The notes under the pieces: generated by a model
What the model was told of the DNA's origin: nothing
Databases searched by the model: none
The model's input: the letters and a program-made list of their open reading frames with translations, nothing else
Shown: piece after piece, positions 25,416-36,412 of the stretch
Layout of the letters: every line of letters begins with the position of its first letter
How positions within the stretch are numbered: position 1 is the stretch's first letter
Assembly (NCBI GenBank): GCA_043228905.1
Contig: JBHGNT010000009.1
Span: 18,414,001 to 18,478,000, forward strand
Source of the DNA: Azolla caroliniana
Lineage: Eukaryota; Plantae; Polypodiophyta
Direction: 5' to 3'
DNA: 64,000 bases
Translations under genes and position numbers: made by a program

Positions 25416-25671
25416 TTCGGTTTTCCGTTGGTAATTGTAGTCCCATTGAGGATCGCGATTGACGTGCGGCACACTTTTGACGAGGAATTTGTGCCGGATA
25501 AACCATTCCATTTCTTTTACCTATTAAACATCATCATCCTCGTAAATGAATGCAACCATTAAGCCAAAACAGTGGATACAAGATCACATTTTCTGGATGG
25601 TTGAGACGAATGCGCATTATGACTCCGTGAATGATTCTCGGTCGTCGTGCACTAGGGTCACGATTCTAAAC

Positions 25672-25744
25672 CGACCCTACTAGGGGTCGAACCTAGAATC
25701 TTTGGTTTCGAAGACCAACGCCTTATCCATTAGGCCATAGGATC
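25672..25744 (-). tRNA. trnR-UCG: tRNA-Arg(UCG), unit 23
   Basis: Same sequence as 67-139. Confidence 0.95.
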
Positions 25745-26456
25745 TTCGACCTTTCATTGAAAAGCGAAGGGAATGAAGATCTCACATGTGAACGGATAGG
25801 ACCTCTTATTTCTCGTCATATTTCTTGATCGTCGTATTTTTCGTAGGATCTCTTGTCTCTTACCTGACCATTATATTACGCGCCACATTACGGAGATTAG
25901 CTTAAATGGGTTTATCGGATAAAGGTATGCGGTGTGACGTATGCAATCCATAGAAAAGCATTGATGACCGTACAAATGACCTTCGAGAAGAGTTTTCGTC
26001 TCGAACTGCCAATCTCTGATGCGCAACGTTACCGTTCTCGTCTCATGATACCAACCGCTAGATTCTTCCACTCGTACGTAAACTTGCATTGTTGAATCTC
26101 GAATACGCTACCTTCTATTAATTCTACCCTAACCAAATGAAGAGTATCGCGCATGCGACGTCTTAGTGGCGGCCTTCGTGTAGGTTGTTTCTAAATTTTA
26201 AACGACGTCATCCTTGTGGACGACTACATTCAAATGCACACCATACAACAACTAGGCGTCATCACATTCTCGCCTCTACTCGCTTGTATTCAAACTAGGA
26301 GCACGGCGAGCCTAAGCAAGAAAGGCATTGTTCATATGTTCCCTCGAGCGAGTGCGCATTAAAAATATGTGAACGGCATCGTCGTGATCGATGATTACGT
26401 TCAAATGAGCGACTTTTATCCCTTCCCCAATCCACGCATGTATTGATTGCGCAACG

Positions 26457-27593
26457 GCGGGAATACGAGTCGGTAGAGAGAATCTAAAGACGATGAAGCC
26501 GGGAGTTGGGTTTTGGCCAACGGTATTTGAGTGTGAAAAGAAAGGAAAAATAGATTTGGAGGATCTCAAACATGTTGATCGGAATGTGCGATGAATAACC
26601 GGATGGTCGGATCCAGTCAACGATAACACAAGCTTTGCGGAGGTTGTGTGTGACAACTATGAGGCTCTTGTCAAAGAGAAGAGGAAAAGAACCGGTGAAG
26701 AAGATGGCACCTCAAAGCGTCACAATACAAGGAATGCAAGGAAAGAAGGACAAGCCCAACCTACGCCACGAAAAGAGATAGGAGGAACAAGCATGAAGCC
26801 CGGTGGATCGAGCCAACCTTCTCGGATGGAAGTCGATGAATCTGTGAAGAAAGGAAAGGAACGAGTGGCACCGACTTACAAGCTACGGTCGGACATAGAA
26901 CAAACAACCAACTTGCGGAAGGTCCTTGAGGAGAAGGTTTTAGACAGTCATGTCGACCTTACCTTGAGAGAGTTACTTGGGATCGCTAAGAAGGAGTTCC
27001 ACAATACTATCATGGACTTGATTAAGCGGAAGCGGCAATAATCGGATGAAGAAGAGGTGAAAACAAGTGCTATAACCATGGCAAGATCCGAGGAGGAGGA
27101 GGAAGAAGTGATGGCGGACAGCTATTAGTCTCGGCCTCATTGGGCAAGAGCGACAACGGAGACACCGGTGAAGATTGGAGAGAAGAAGGAGTCTGTGGTA
27201 GCCTTGATTGACCATGGTTCGGAGATCAACCTCATGTCGACCGAATTCTAGAAGAAAGGAAGATGGCCGATCAACACAAACCACGAATGGAAGATACAAG
27301 TGGCAATGAAGGCCACGGAAGACTTGTACGGAGCTTGCCCCAATGTTAAAGTCACAATCGGAGATGTGGAGGTGGATCAACACTTCTTCGTGCAAGACTC
27401 GGCTTCACATCCCGTCATCCTAGGACAACCATATATCACATCGTCCCGGATGGCGACTAAGGTGTTCGATAATGGAGCGGCCTTCGTGCGAGTCAAGAGC
27501 CTTGACAATCAAAGGTCTGTTCAATTCCATACGGTGCGGGCTAATCATGAAATGAACCGAGATAGCCTTGGAGACGAATCCTCGGATATTTAG
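26457..27593 (+). pseudogene. gag: gypsy gag C-terminus and aspartic protease, interrupted by stops
   Basis: ORF pieces 26646-27041 and 27300-27593; protease motif near 27,200; in-frame stops. Confidence 0.75.
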
Positions 27594-27688
27594 AGTGGAC
27601 TATTGAAGCGTGGGGCACAAATAGTCCGAGCAATCATAAGTCCCCACAAGGAAGCAAAATAAGTGGATCGCAAGGAGAAGCAACATGT

Positions 27689-29809
27689 GTGACACCTAGT
27701 GGCGCATGTAAACTAACACTACTCAACAAGAAGGACAAGCGCCGGATACAAGACTTCGAGAAGGTGCTGAAAGAAGAAAGCATAATCGAAGAAGAAGAAT
27801 TTGTGTTTCATATTCTGGAGGAAGCCTCATTTAACGACACCATCGGCGAAATCAAGGAAGTCGTGGACTTGAGCTATCCTCACGATAAACATGTGATTTC
27901 GGTTAACTCTATCGACATGTACGCTATCATCGATGAATATCACCGAGGCATCTTGATGGATGAAGCTGAAGTTAACACAAAATATAAAACGGTGGATAAG
28001 AAGATCAAACCAGTTGCGGTTCCGCTACCGGAAGATAGCTGGCAGAAGATGAAGGAAGTTGCTAATGATCCGAGCTTAAGGGATCCAAAGGCAATAGGTC
28101 ATGTCTTCACAAAGGAGACAAAAGGAAAGCGACAAGTTGGAAGGGAAGATTTCCTTCTCCCTGAAGAGGAGAGAATGTTCCGCGGAATGCTTGAGAGACA
28201 TGGGAAAGCCTTTGCCTTCTCTCCACAAGAGATCGGATGTGCCGACCCGAACATAATAGAGCCAATGGTGATTTTTACGGTGTTGCATGTACCTTGGAAC
28301 CTCAAGCCGATACCGGTTCCAAGAGCTCACATTCCGAAGTTGATTGAGCTTCGAAAGGAAAAGGTTAGGATGGGAAAACTTGAGCCATCCAATGCTCCCA
28401 ACTCCAATAGATGGTTTACGGTGCCGAAGAAGAATGGGTCCTTACGCTTTATTCAAGATCTCCAACCCGTCAACAAGGTGACGATCTTAAATGCCGGAAT
28501 TGGTCCAAGTGTGGATGAATTTGCCGAAGCCTTCGCGGGAAGATCGATCTATTCCATTGGTGATCTCTACTCGGGCTATGATCAATTTCAATTGGCCGTC
28601 GATAGTAGAGACATAACAACAATGAGGACGTTGATCGGGTTGGTAAGGATGTGCACCTTACCCCAAGGTGCAACAAATTCCGTAGCCCACATGGTGAATG
28701 CCATGAATAAAGTGTTGAGGGATTGCATCCCCGATATCACAATGCCCTTCTTAGATGATATTCCAATCAAAGGATGCTCGATGGAAGAAAAAGATGAATC
28801 GAAAGATGAAGATGGTTGCCGAAGATTCGTCATCGATCATATAAAGGATAGCGAGAAGGTGTTGCAAAAGCTTGAGGATGCGAATCTCATGTTTTCGGGA
28901 GAGAAGTCTGCATTCAGTCAACCAGAAATATTGGTAGTAGGACACTTATGTGGGTCTTATGGCCGGAAGCCATCTCCATCCAAGGGGAACGCTATTCAAG
29001 AGATAAAAGAAGAATGTGTGTCTCAAATGGAGGTGTGTAGATTCTTGGGAGCATGTGCATTCTATCACATATGGATTCCACATTATGCCCATGTCGTTGA
29101 ACCATTGTATGGACTATTAAAGAAAAGGAAGAAGTTCGAATGGGAAGATGAGCATACCTACGCGATTCAAAAGCTAAAGAAACTATTATTGGAAGCTCTA
29201 GCACTGCGCAAACCCGACTACAGCGATGGAACCCCGATATATGTGACGGTGGATACAAACCCAACCGGAATTGGATGGGTGATAAACCAAGAAGACAAAG
29301 AAAATAATCATTATGCAATCCAATTCGGTGCGAAGGTGTTAACCGAAAGACAAAGGAAGTATGCCCAAGTAAAGAGAGAGCTATGGGGAATAGTATCCGC
29401 ACTTAAAACTGACCGTGACTACCTTATAGGAACAGAGGTCATAATCGAAACCGATTGTCTACCTATTCTTGGAATGATATCCGGTTGTGCTACACTGGAT
29501 ATTGCTATGTTGCGATGGATTGCCTATATCAAGTCCCTCAACCCCGAGATTTGGCATATAAACGGAAAGCATAATGTGGTGGCCGATATGTTGTCAAGGG
29601 CGAGGTATGAGGGTGAAGAAGATTTGCACTCCGACGAAGAGGATGTTGGCCTAAACTTCTTTACGGTTTCTTGTGCTTGGGTGCTAGCAGTGTTCAAAGT
29701 AGAAGATTATGAGGGTGAATTCATCGAAATTGGAAAATACTTAAGCTCTCTTACAAAAGATGAATCATGGTCAAAGGAATACTTCTACCGAATTAGGAAG
29801 AAGGCCTAA
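27689..29809 (+). CDS. pol: gypsy pol fragment: reverse transcriptase + RNase H
   Basis: 706-aa ORF with FTVPKKNGSLRFIQDLQPVN, DLYSGYDQ, LPQG, FLDD, DTNPTGIG, ELWGIV, ADMLSR. Confidence 0.92.
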   Translation: MTPSGACKLTLLNKKDKRRIQDFEKVLKEESIIEEEEFVFHILEEASFNDTIGEIKEVVDLSYPHDKHVISVNSIDMYAIIDEYHRGILMDEAEVNTKYKTVDKKIKPVAVPLPEDSWQKMKEVANDPSLRDPKAIGHVFTKETKGKRQVGREDFLLPEEERMFRGMLERHGKAFAFSPQEIGCADPNIIEPMVIFTVLHVPWNLKPIPVPRAHIPKLIELRKEKVRMGKLEPSNAPNSNRWFTVPKKNGSLRFIQDLQPVNKVTILNAGIGPSVDEFAEAFAGRSIYSIGDLYSGYDQFQLAVDSRDITTMRTLIGLVRMCTLPQGATNSVAHMVNAMNKVLRDCIPDITMPFLDDIPIKGCSMEEKDESKDEDGCRRFVIDHIKDSEKVLQKLEDANLMFSGEKSAFSQPEILVVGHLCGSYGRKPSPSKGNAIQEIKEECVSQMEVCRFLGACAFYHIWIPHYAHVVEPLYGLLKKRKKFEWEDEHTYAIQKLKKLLLEALALRKPDYSDGTPIYVTVDTNPTGIGWVINQEDKENNHYAIQFGAKVLTERQRKYAQVKRELWGIVSALKTDRDYLIGTEVIIETDCLPILGMISGCATLDIAMLRWIAYIKSLNPEIWHINGKHNVVADMLSRARYEGEEDLHSDEEDVGLNFFTVSCAWVLAVFKVEDYEGEFIEIGKYLSSLTKDESWSKEYFYRIRKKA

Positions 29810-29875
29810 AAGTTCTTTCTCAATGAAGGACATCTATGGAAGTTTCCGAAGAAGAAGAATGGAACTCCACTTCGA

Positions 29876-30851
29876 GTGGTGTGCAAGAAACAGGATCAAC
29901 AAACACTAACTGCTGAATTTCATGATAGTGTGTGGGCAGGTCATCATGGTATAAGGGCAACATTTGCAAAGCTCAAGGAGAAGTATTGGTGGCCGGGTGT
30001 TTACAAAGATGTAGCAAGCTATGTTGAAACATGTGAGCAATGTCAATTATACTCGAATATTCAACATAGGGATGAACTTTATCCGACATATCCATTATCA
30101 ATGCACTATAAGTGGTTGGTAGACATAGTGGTTATGTCAAGGATTGGGGCAAATGAAATATCTCGTGCTAGCAAGAGAGGATCTCACCAACCAAGTAGAA
30201 GGACGGGCGCTAAGGAATAAAACAACTTCGGTGGTTTGTAGGTTTCTCCTTGAAGATGTTATTTGTCGATACGGATGTGTCGGCAAAATAGTGGCCGATA
30301 GAGGAGAATTAGATGCGAATGAAGCTAAAGAGTTCTTTTCAAGAATAGGCGTCAAATTATCGCTCACCATGGCATACAACCCGGACGCAAATGGGAAGGT
30401 GGAACGAGGACATAGTCCAATTGTAAAAGCTCTAGCAAAGGCTTGCGACGGCAAGATGGGAAATTGGCCACGATTACTATCTTATGCATTGTGGGCAGAT
30501 AGAACTACACATAGCACGACTACGGGATATATGCCCGCCGAACTCATATTAGGACAAAAACCAATCATGTCGATTGAGCAAAGTGTTGCTTCGTGGACGT
30601 CTTTGCCATGGCAAGAGGAAATGAGTCGAGAAGACTTGCTAGCCACGAGGATTCAACAATTAGAACAAAGGCCCGAAGATGTCGAGTTGGCAATAGAACG
30701 GTTGTGCCAAGCTCGATTGAAGAACAAGGAGAATTTTGATAGAAAGCATCGTCTTCGACAAAGAAAAATTGAAGAAGGAGATTGGGTTCTTGTCTATGAT
30801 AGTAATCTCGATAATCAATATAGCACTACTCGAAAGTTCGCAAAACGATGA
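29876..30851 (+). pseudogene. pol: gypsy integrase, frameshifted
   Basis: HHCC zinc finger in 29876-30220; DDE core in 30144-30851 (IVADRGE ... NGKVER). Confidence 0.88.
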
Positions 30852-31106
30852 TTTGGCCCGTATATGGTCAAGAAAATAGAAAGCAATGCAACCTATTTTT
30901 TAGCGGAGTTAGATGGAACTCAACCTGCTTTGCCAATAGCAGGGCAGAGGATCAAGATCTTTAAGACAAGAGAAGCCCCAAATCTTGAGATCGAAGATCT
31001 AGATGATGTATCCTCGAACATCGAGGTTGAAGAAGAGTAATTAAAAAAGAGGAACCTCACCACAATTGGCACATACCGGTGGATGTGCAGGTTTGGTGGG
31101 GGTGAA

Positions 31107-31576
31107 TGTCGTGTGGTTTATCACACACGATATGAAAACTAATAAAATAATTATTTACAATTAGCTTAATATATGGATATGGAAAGATAGATGTGTTCAA
31201 GAGCTTCATAGCGTATTTTACTACGCATAAAACGGATAAACAAGTATCAACTTATGTGAGTGTGAAGTTTAAAGAAAAGAAAAGAAAAGACAAAATTGTG
31301 AGATATCCCACATATATAGGACAACATTAGAACCCAGAATATATAAGTGAAACCAAAACATATTTATTTTATCAATGTGTGGAGCATAGAATGTTCAAGG
31401 TGACTTGGGCTACACTATGTGGTGTGCATGCTTTGGGCGTATGTGTGTGTGCATGGCTGCGTGGACATAAGTCCCTGCGTCCTACACGCTATGCCAACCT
31501 CCTCTCCCTTGCACCACAATCACCTTGATACCTACCCCGAAAGATTGAGGGTAGGCCGTGTTCCTAACCGGAAACA
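31107..31576 (+). repeat. 3' LTR of the gypsy element
   Basis: Starts TGTCGTG right after the PPT and ends GAAACA, where array-spacer sequence (aaaggcattgttcatatg) resumes. Confidence 0.85.
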
Positions 31577-31797
31577 AAAGGCATTGTTCATATGTTCCCT
31601 CGAACGAATGCGCGTTAAAAACATATAAACGACATCGTCGTGATAAATAGTTACATTCAAACATTGTGATAGATTATTACATTCAAATACCTAATGTTAT
31701 CCCTTCCCCAATACACGCATGTATTGATTGCGCAACATTTCCAAGTACTCTGTCATCATTGTTTTTCGATTCTCAAAATGAGGAACCTAATCCTAAT

Positions 31798-31870
31798 CGA
31801 TCCTACTAGGGATCGAACCGAGAATCTTTGGTTTTGTAGACCAGCGCCTTATCCATTGGGCCATAGGATC
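31798..31870 (-). pseudogene. tRNA-Arg(ACG) pseudogene (anticodon mutated to ACA)
   Basis: ACG-type body with ACG>ACA and mismatches in the anticodon stem and T stem. Confidence 0.85.
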
Positions 31871-32133
31871 TTAGGTTTTCCGTTGGTTGTACTTCCATTG
31901 AGGATTGTGATTTACATACAATACACTTTTGATGAGAAACTTGTGCCAAATAAACCATTCCATTTCTTTTATTTAACCATCATCATCCTCGTAAATGATG
32001 AATGAATGCATCCAACCAAAAAAAAGGATAGAAGATCAAATTTTCTAGACGGCTGAGACGAATGCGCATTATGACTCCATGATTCTTCATCGTCGTGTTC
32101 TTGATGTCCTACACTAAGATCATGATTCTAAAC

Positions 32134-32206
32134 CGATCCTACAAGGGGTCAAGCCTAGAATCTTTGGTTTCGAAGACCAACGCCTTATGCACTAGGCGAT
32201 AGAATC
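32134..32206 (-). pseudogene. tRNA-Arg(UCG) pseudogene
   Basis: Anticodon arm intact; B box and D arm mutated. Confidence 0.85.
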
Positions 32207-32748
32207 ATCGACCTTTTATCAAAAAGAAGATCCCACATGTGAACGTATAGGATCTCTTACATCTCATCATATTTCTTAAGCGTCGTATTTTTCATAGGAC
32301 CTGTTGTCTCTTATCTTACCACTATATTCCTGGCCACGTTATAGAGATGAGCTTAAATATGTTTATCGGATAAAGGTATGCAGTGTGACGTATGTAATCC
32401 ATAGAAAAGCATTCATGAACATACAAATAACCTTAAGGAAGAGTTTTTGTCGCAAACTATCAATCTCTAATGTTTAGATACCATTCTAGTCTCATCATAC
32501 CAACCGCTAGATTCTTCCACTCGTACGTAATTTTGCATTGTTGAATCTTAAATATGCTACCTTCTATTAATTCTACTAAACTAACCAAATGAAAAGTATC
32601 ACACATGCAAGGTCTTAGTGGTGGCCTTTGTGTAGATTGTTTCAAAGTTTTAAACGACGTCATCCTTGTTAACGACTACACTAAATGGTTCACCATGGTT
32701 CTTCATCGTCGTGTTCTTGATGTCTTACACTAGGATCATGACTTAAAC

Positions 32749-32802
32749 CGATCCTACTATGGACCGAACCTAAAATGTTTGGTTATGAAGACCCATACGA
32801 TC
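32749..32802 (-). pseudogene. tRNA-Arg(UCG) pseudogene, D arm deleted
   Basis: Syntenic position; about 19-nt internal deletion and substitutions. Confidence 0.7.
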
Positions 32803-33523
32803 TTCGACTTGTCATTGAAAAGAAGATTTCATATGTGAACGTATAGGATCTCTTATTTCTCATCATATTCTTTAATCATCAAATTTTTCATAGGATCTCT
32901 TGTCTCTTGTCTTACCATTATATTACACACCACATTACGAAGATGAGCTTAAATGGGTTTATCATATAAAGGTATGTGGTGTGACGTATGTAATCCATAG
33001 AAAAGCATTCATGACCATACAAATGACCTTAAAAGACGGTTTCTGTCTAGGTACCGTTCTCTTCTCATTATACCACCCGCTAGATTCTTCCACTCGTAAG
33101 TAATTTTGCATTGTTGAATCTCGAATATGTTATCTTCTATTAATTCTATTAGACTAACCAAATGAAAAGTATCATGCATGTGACGTCTTAGTGGTGGCCT
33201 TCATGTAGATTATTTCTAAATTTTAAACGACGTCACCCTTGTTAACGACTACAATCAAATACAAATTATACAACAACTAGGTGTCATCACATTCTTGCAT
33301 CTACTCGCTTGTATTCAAACTAGCCCAGCGAACAACACGACGAGCATAAGCAAAACAACCATTGTTCATATGTTCCCTCCAGCGAATGCGCATTAAATAT
33401 ATGTAAACGGCATCATCGTGATAGATTATTACATTCAAACACGCATGTATTGATTGCGCAAAATTACCTAGTACTCTGTCATCGTTGTATTTCCATTCTC
33501 GAGAAGAGGAACCTAATCCTAAT

Positions 33524-33596
33524 CGATCCTGCTAGGGATCGAACCTACAATCTTTGTTTTCATTGACCAGCGCCTTATCCATTGGGCCATAGGATC
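33524..33596 (-). pseudogene. tRNA-Arg(ACG) pseudogene
   Basis: D arm intact; anticodon arm disrupted. Confidence 0.85.
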
Positions 33597-33756
33597 TTGA
33601 CTATCCATTGGTTTACTTCCTTTAAGGATCGTGATTGACATGCGATACACTCTTGATGAGGAATTTGTGCCAGAGAAACCATTCTATTTCTTTTAACTAA
33701 ATTTCATCATCGTCGTAAATGAATGCATCCAGCCAAATTAGATCATCATTCTAAAC

Positions 33757-33832
33757 CGTGAATCCTAATAGGGGTGCAACCTAGAATCTTTGGTTTCGAA
33801 GACAAATGCCTTATCCATTAGTCTATAGGATC
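33757..33832 (-). pseudogene. tRNA-Arg(UCG) pseudogene
   Basis: TCG retained; B box mutated; small insertion in the acceptor stem. Confidence 0.8.
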
Positions 33833-34407
33833 TTCGACCTTTCATCGAAAAGATGATTCACATGTGAACGAATAGAATCTCTTATTTCTCATCATATTTC
33901 TTAATCATCCTATTTTTCATAGGGTCTCTTGTCTCTTATCTTACCATTATATTACTCGCCAAATTACAGAGATGAGCTAAAATGGGTTTATCGAAAAAAG
34001 GTATGCGGTGTGACGTATGTAATCCATAGAAAAACATTCATGACCATACAAATGACCTTGAAGAAGAGTTTTTGTTTCAAATTGTCAATATCTAATGTGT
34101 AGATATTGTTCTCGTCTCATCATACTAACCGTTAGATTCTTCCACTCGTACGTAATTCTGCAGTGTTGAATCTTGAATATGCTACCTTGTATTAATTCTA
34201 CTCGACTAACCAAATGAAAATGATCACACATGTGACTTCTTAGTGGTGGCGTTCATTTACATTGTTTCTAGATTTTAAATGAAGTCATCCTTGTTGACGA
34301 CTACATTCAAATACATATCATACAACAACTAGGCGTCATCGCACAACATACCGAGTACTCAATCATCATTGTATTTCGATTCTCGAAAAGAGGAACCTCA
34401 TCCTAAT

Positions 34408-34464
34408 TGAACCTAGAATCTCTGGTTTCATAGACCAGCTCCTTACCTATTGGTCCATAGGATC
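34408..34464 (-). pseudogene. tRNA-Arg(ACG) pseudogene, 3' end deleted
   Basis: Syntenic position; acceptor 3' strand and part of the T arm missing; anticodon ACG>ATG. Confidence 0.75.
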
Positions 34465-34816
34465 TTGAGTTTCCGTTGGTTGTACTTCCATTGAGTTTCC
34501 ATTGGTTGTAATCGTGATTGACATGCGACACACTTTTGATGAGGAATTTGTGCCAAATAAAGCATTCAATTTCTTTTACCTAAACATCATCATCCTCGTA
34601 AATAAATGCATCTTATCGTAATAGTGTATACAAGATCACACTTTCTAGATGGTTGAGACGAATGCGCATTATGACTCCACAATTCTTGATCATCGTGATG
34701 CATCCAGCCAAAACAGAAACAGTGTATACAAGCTTACCTTTTCTAGACGGTTGAGACGAATGTGCATTATGAATCCATGATTCTTGATGCCGTACACTAG
34801 GATCACCATTCTAAAC

Positions 34817-34888
34817 CGATCCTAATAGGGTTGCAACCTAGAATCTTTGGTTTCGAAGACCAATGCCTTATCCATTAGCCTTAGGATC
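34817..34888 (-). pseudogene. tRNA-Arg(UCG) pseudogene
   Basis: TCG retained; B box mutated. Confidence 0.8.
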
Positions 34889-35331
34889 TTCGACCTTTCA
34901 TCGAAAAGATGAATCACATGTGAACGGATAGAATCTCTTATTCTCACCATAGTTTTCATAGGATCACTTGTCTCTAGTCTTACCATTATATTACTTGCCA
35001 CATTACGAAGATGAGCTTAAATGGGTTTATCGGATAAAGGTATGCGGTGTGACGTATATAATCCATAGAAAAGCATTCATGACCATACAAATGACCTTAA
35101 AGAAGAGTTTTTATCTTAAATTGTGAACCTCTAATGTCTAGATATCATTCTCATCTCATCATACCAACCACTAGATTCTTCCACTCGTACATAATTTTGC
35201 ATTGTTGAATCTCGAATATGCTACCTTCTATTGATTCTACTCAAATATGTATTCATTGCGGTGTGCAACATTGCCCAGTACTCTATCATCGGATGTATTT
35301 CAATTCTCGAGAACAGGAACCTAATCCTAAT

Positions 35332-35404
35332 CAATCCTACTTGGGTTCGAACCTAGAATCTCTGGTTTCGTAGACCAGTGCCTTATCCATTGGGCCATAG
35401 GATC
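35332..35404 (-). pseudogene. tRNA-Arg(ACG), degenerate but nearly intact
   Basis: ACG, A box and B box retained; a few stem substitutions (G1-U72, T-stem mismatch). Confidence 0.75.
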
Positions 35405-35751
35405 TTTGATTTCCATTGGTTATACTTCCATTGAGGATCATCATTGACATGCGATACACTTTTGATGAGGAATTTGTGCCAAATAAACCATTCCATTTCT
35501 TTTGCCTAAACATCATCATCCTCGTAAATGAATGCATCCAGCCAAAACAATGTATACAAGATCACATTTTCTAGATGGTTAAGACGAATGCGCATTATGA
35601 CTCCATGATTCTTGATCATCGTGATGCATCCAACCAAAACATTGTATCCAAGATCACATTTTCTAGACGATTGAGACGAATGCGCATTATGACTCCATGA
35701 TTCTTGATCATCATGTTCTTGATGTCGTACTCTAGGATCACAATTCTAAAC

Positions 35752-35823
35752 CGATCCTATTGGGGTCAAACCTAGAATCTTTAGTTTCGAAGACCAATGC
35801 CTTATCCTTTAGGCTATAAGATC
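35752..35823 (-). pseudogene. tRNA-Arg(UCG) pseudogene
   Basis: TCG retained; multiple stem and box mutations. Confidence 0.8.
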
Positions 35824-36139
35824 TTCAACCTTTCATCGAAAAGATGATCACGCATGTGAACGGATAGAATCTCTTATTTCTCATCATAATTCTTAATTAT
35901 CATATTTTTCATAGCATCTCTTGTCTCTTATCTTACCATTCTATTACTCGCCACATTACGAAGATGAGCTTCAATGGGTTTATCAGATAAAGATATGCGA
36001 TGTGACGTATGTAATCCATAGAAAAGCATTCATGACCATACAAATGACCCTAAAGAAGAGTTTTTGTCTCAAATTGTCAATCTCTAATGTGTAGATATCG
36101 TTCTCGTCTCATACTTTAGGAATGTGTAAACCCTAAACC

Positions 36140-36412
36140 CTTCAAACATGGATTTTCCGACACCATACTTTAGGCATACCCCCGAGGTGCCTTTCAAGTA
36201 CCTAAGGATCCACTTCACAGGTGCCTAGTGTTCTCTTCCCGGATTACTCATGTATCAACTTACTGTTCCCACAGAAAATGCTTTGTGTGGTCTTGTGCAA
36301 ACCATACAACTGTCAACGGCTGAGGCATATGGTACTTTTGTCAGCTCAGCCTTTTCTTTCTCCCCTCTCGGGCATTGCTTTGCATTCAACTTGCAGTTGG
36401 TCGGTAATATAG
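36140..36412 (-). mobile_element. Ty1/copia remnant A, RT C-terminal part
   Basis: Minus-strand translation KVPYASAV...MVCTRP...YMSNPGREH...VKWILRYLKGT; continues the RT fragment at 41,754-42,390. Confidence 0.85.

Larger units (their letters stand above)
1..26456. repeat. Homogenised tandem array of a 1,179-bp unit (23 units, last one truncated), each with tRNA-Arg(UCG) + tRNA-Arg(ACG)
   Basis: Identical sequence and ORF track recur every 1,179 bp (266, 1445, 2624 ...). Shorter periods of 1,007, 1,100 and 1,178 bp occur in the right half and are explained by visible deletions. Confidence 0.99.
26457..31576 (+). mobile_element. 5'-truncated Ty3/gypsy LTR retrotransposon (non-chromovirus type), degenerate
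   Basis: Order gag - protease (ALIDHGSEINL) - RT (FLDD) - RNase H - integrase (H..H..CEQC; IVADRGE). Purine-rich tract GGTGGGGGTGAA precedes a TG...CA 3' LTR. No 5' LTR. Confidence 0.92.
31577..36113. repeat. Degenerate older copies (about 5 partial units) of the tRNA-Arg array unit
   Basis: Spacer motifs are recognisable in order (gagcttaaatgggtttatc, ctagattcttccactcgta, gacgaatgcgcattatgactcc), with many substitutions, indels and local duplications. Confidence 0.95.

Noticed and set aside
1-26456. CRISPR-like or rDNA (5S/45S) array
   Set aside because: Spacers are identical rather than unique and there are no cas genes. No 5S or other rRNA sequence is recognisable. The conserved elements fold as tRNAs.
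26312-26656. 114-aa and 66-aa (16034-16234) ORFs at array junctions
   Set aside because: Chance read-through created by the deletion or TE junction, antisense to gag or spacer.
31798-31870. Novel tRNA-Cys(ACA), or tRNA-His(ATG) at 34,408
   Set aside because: These are CpG-type mutations of ACG in decayed copies that also have stem mismatches or deletions, so they are pseudogenes.
36115-36141. Interstitial telomere repeat (TTTAGG, AAACCCTAAACCCT)
   Set aside because: Only two units, explained by local duplication of copia RT codons and filler at a junction.
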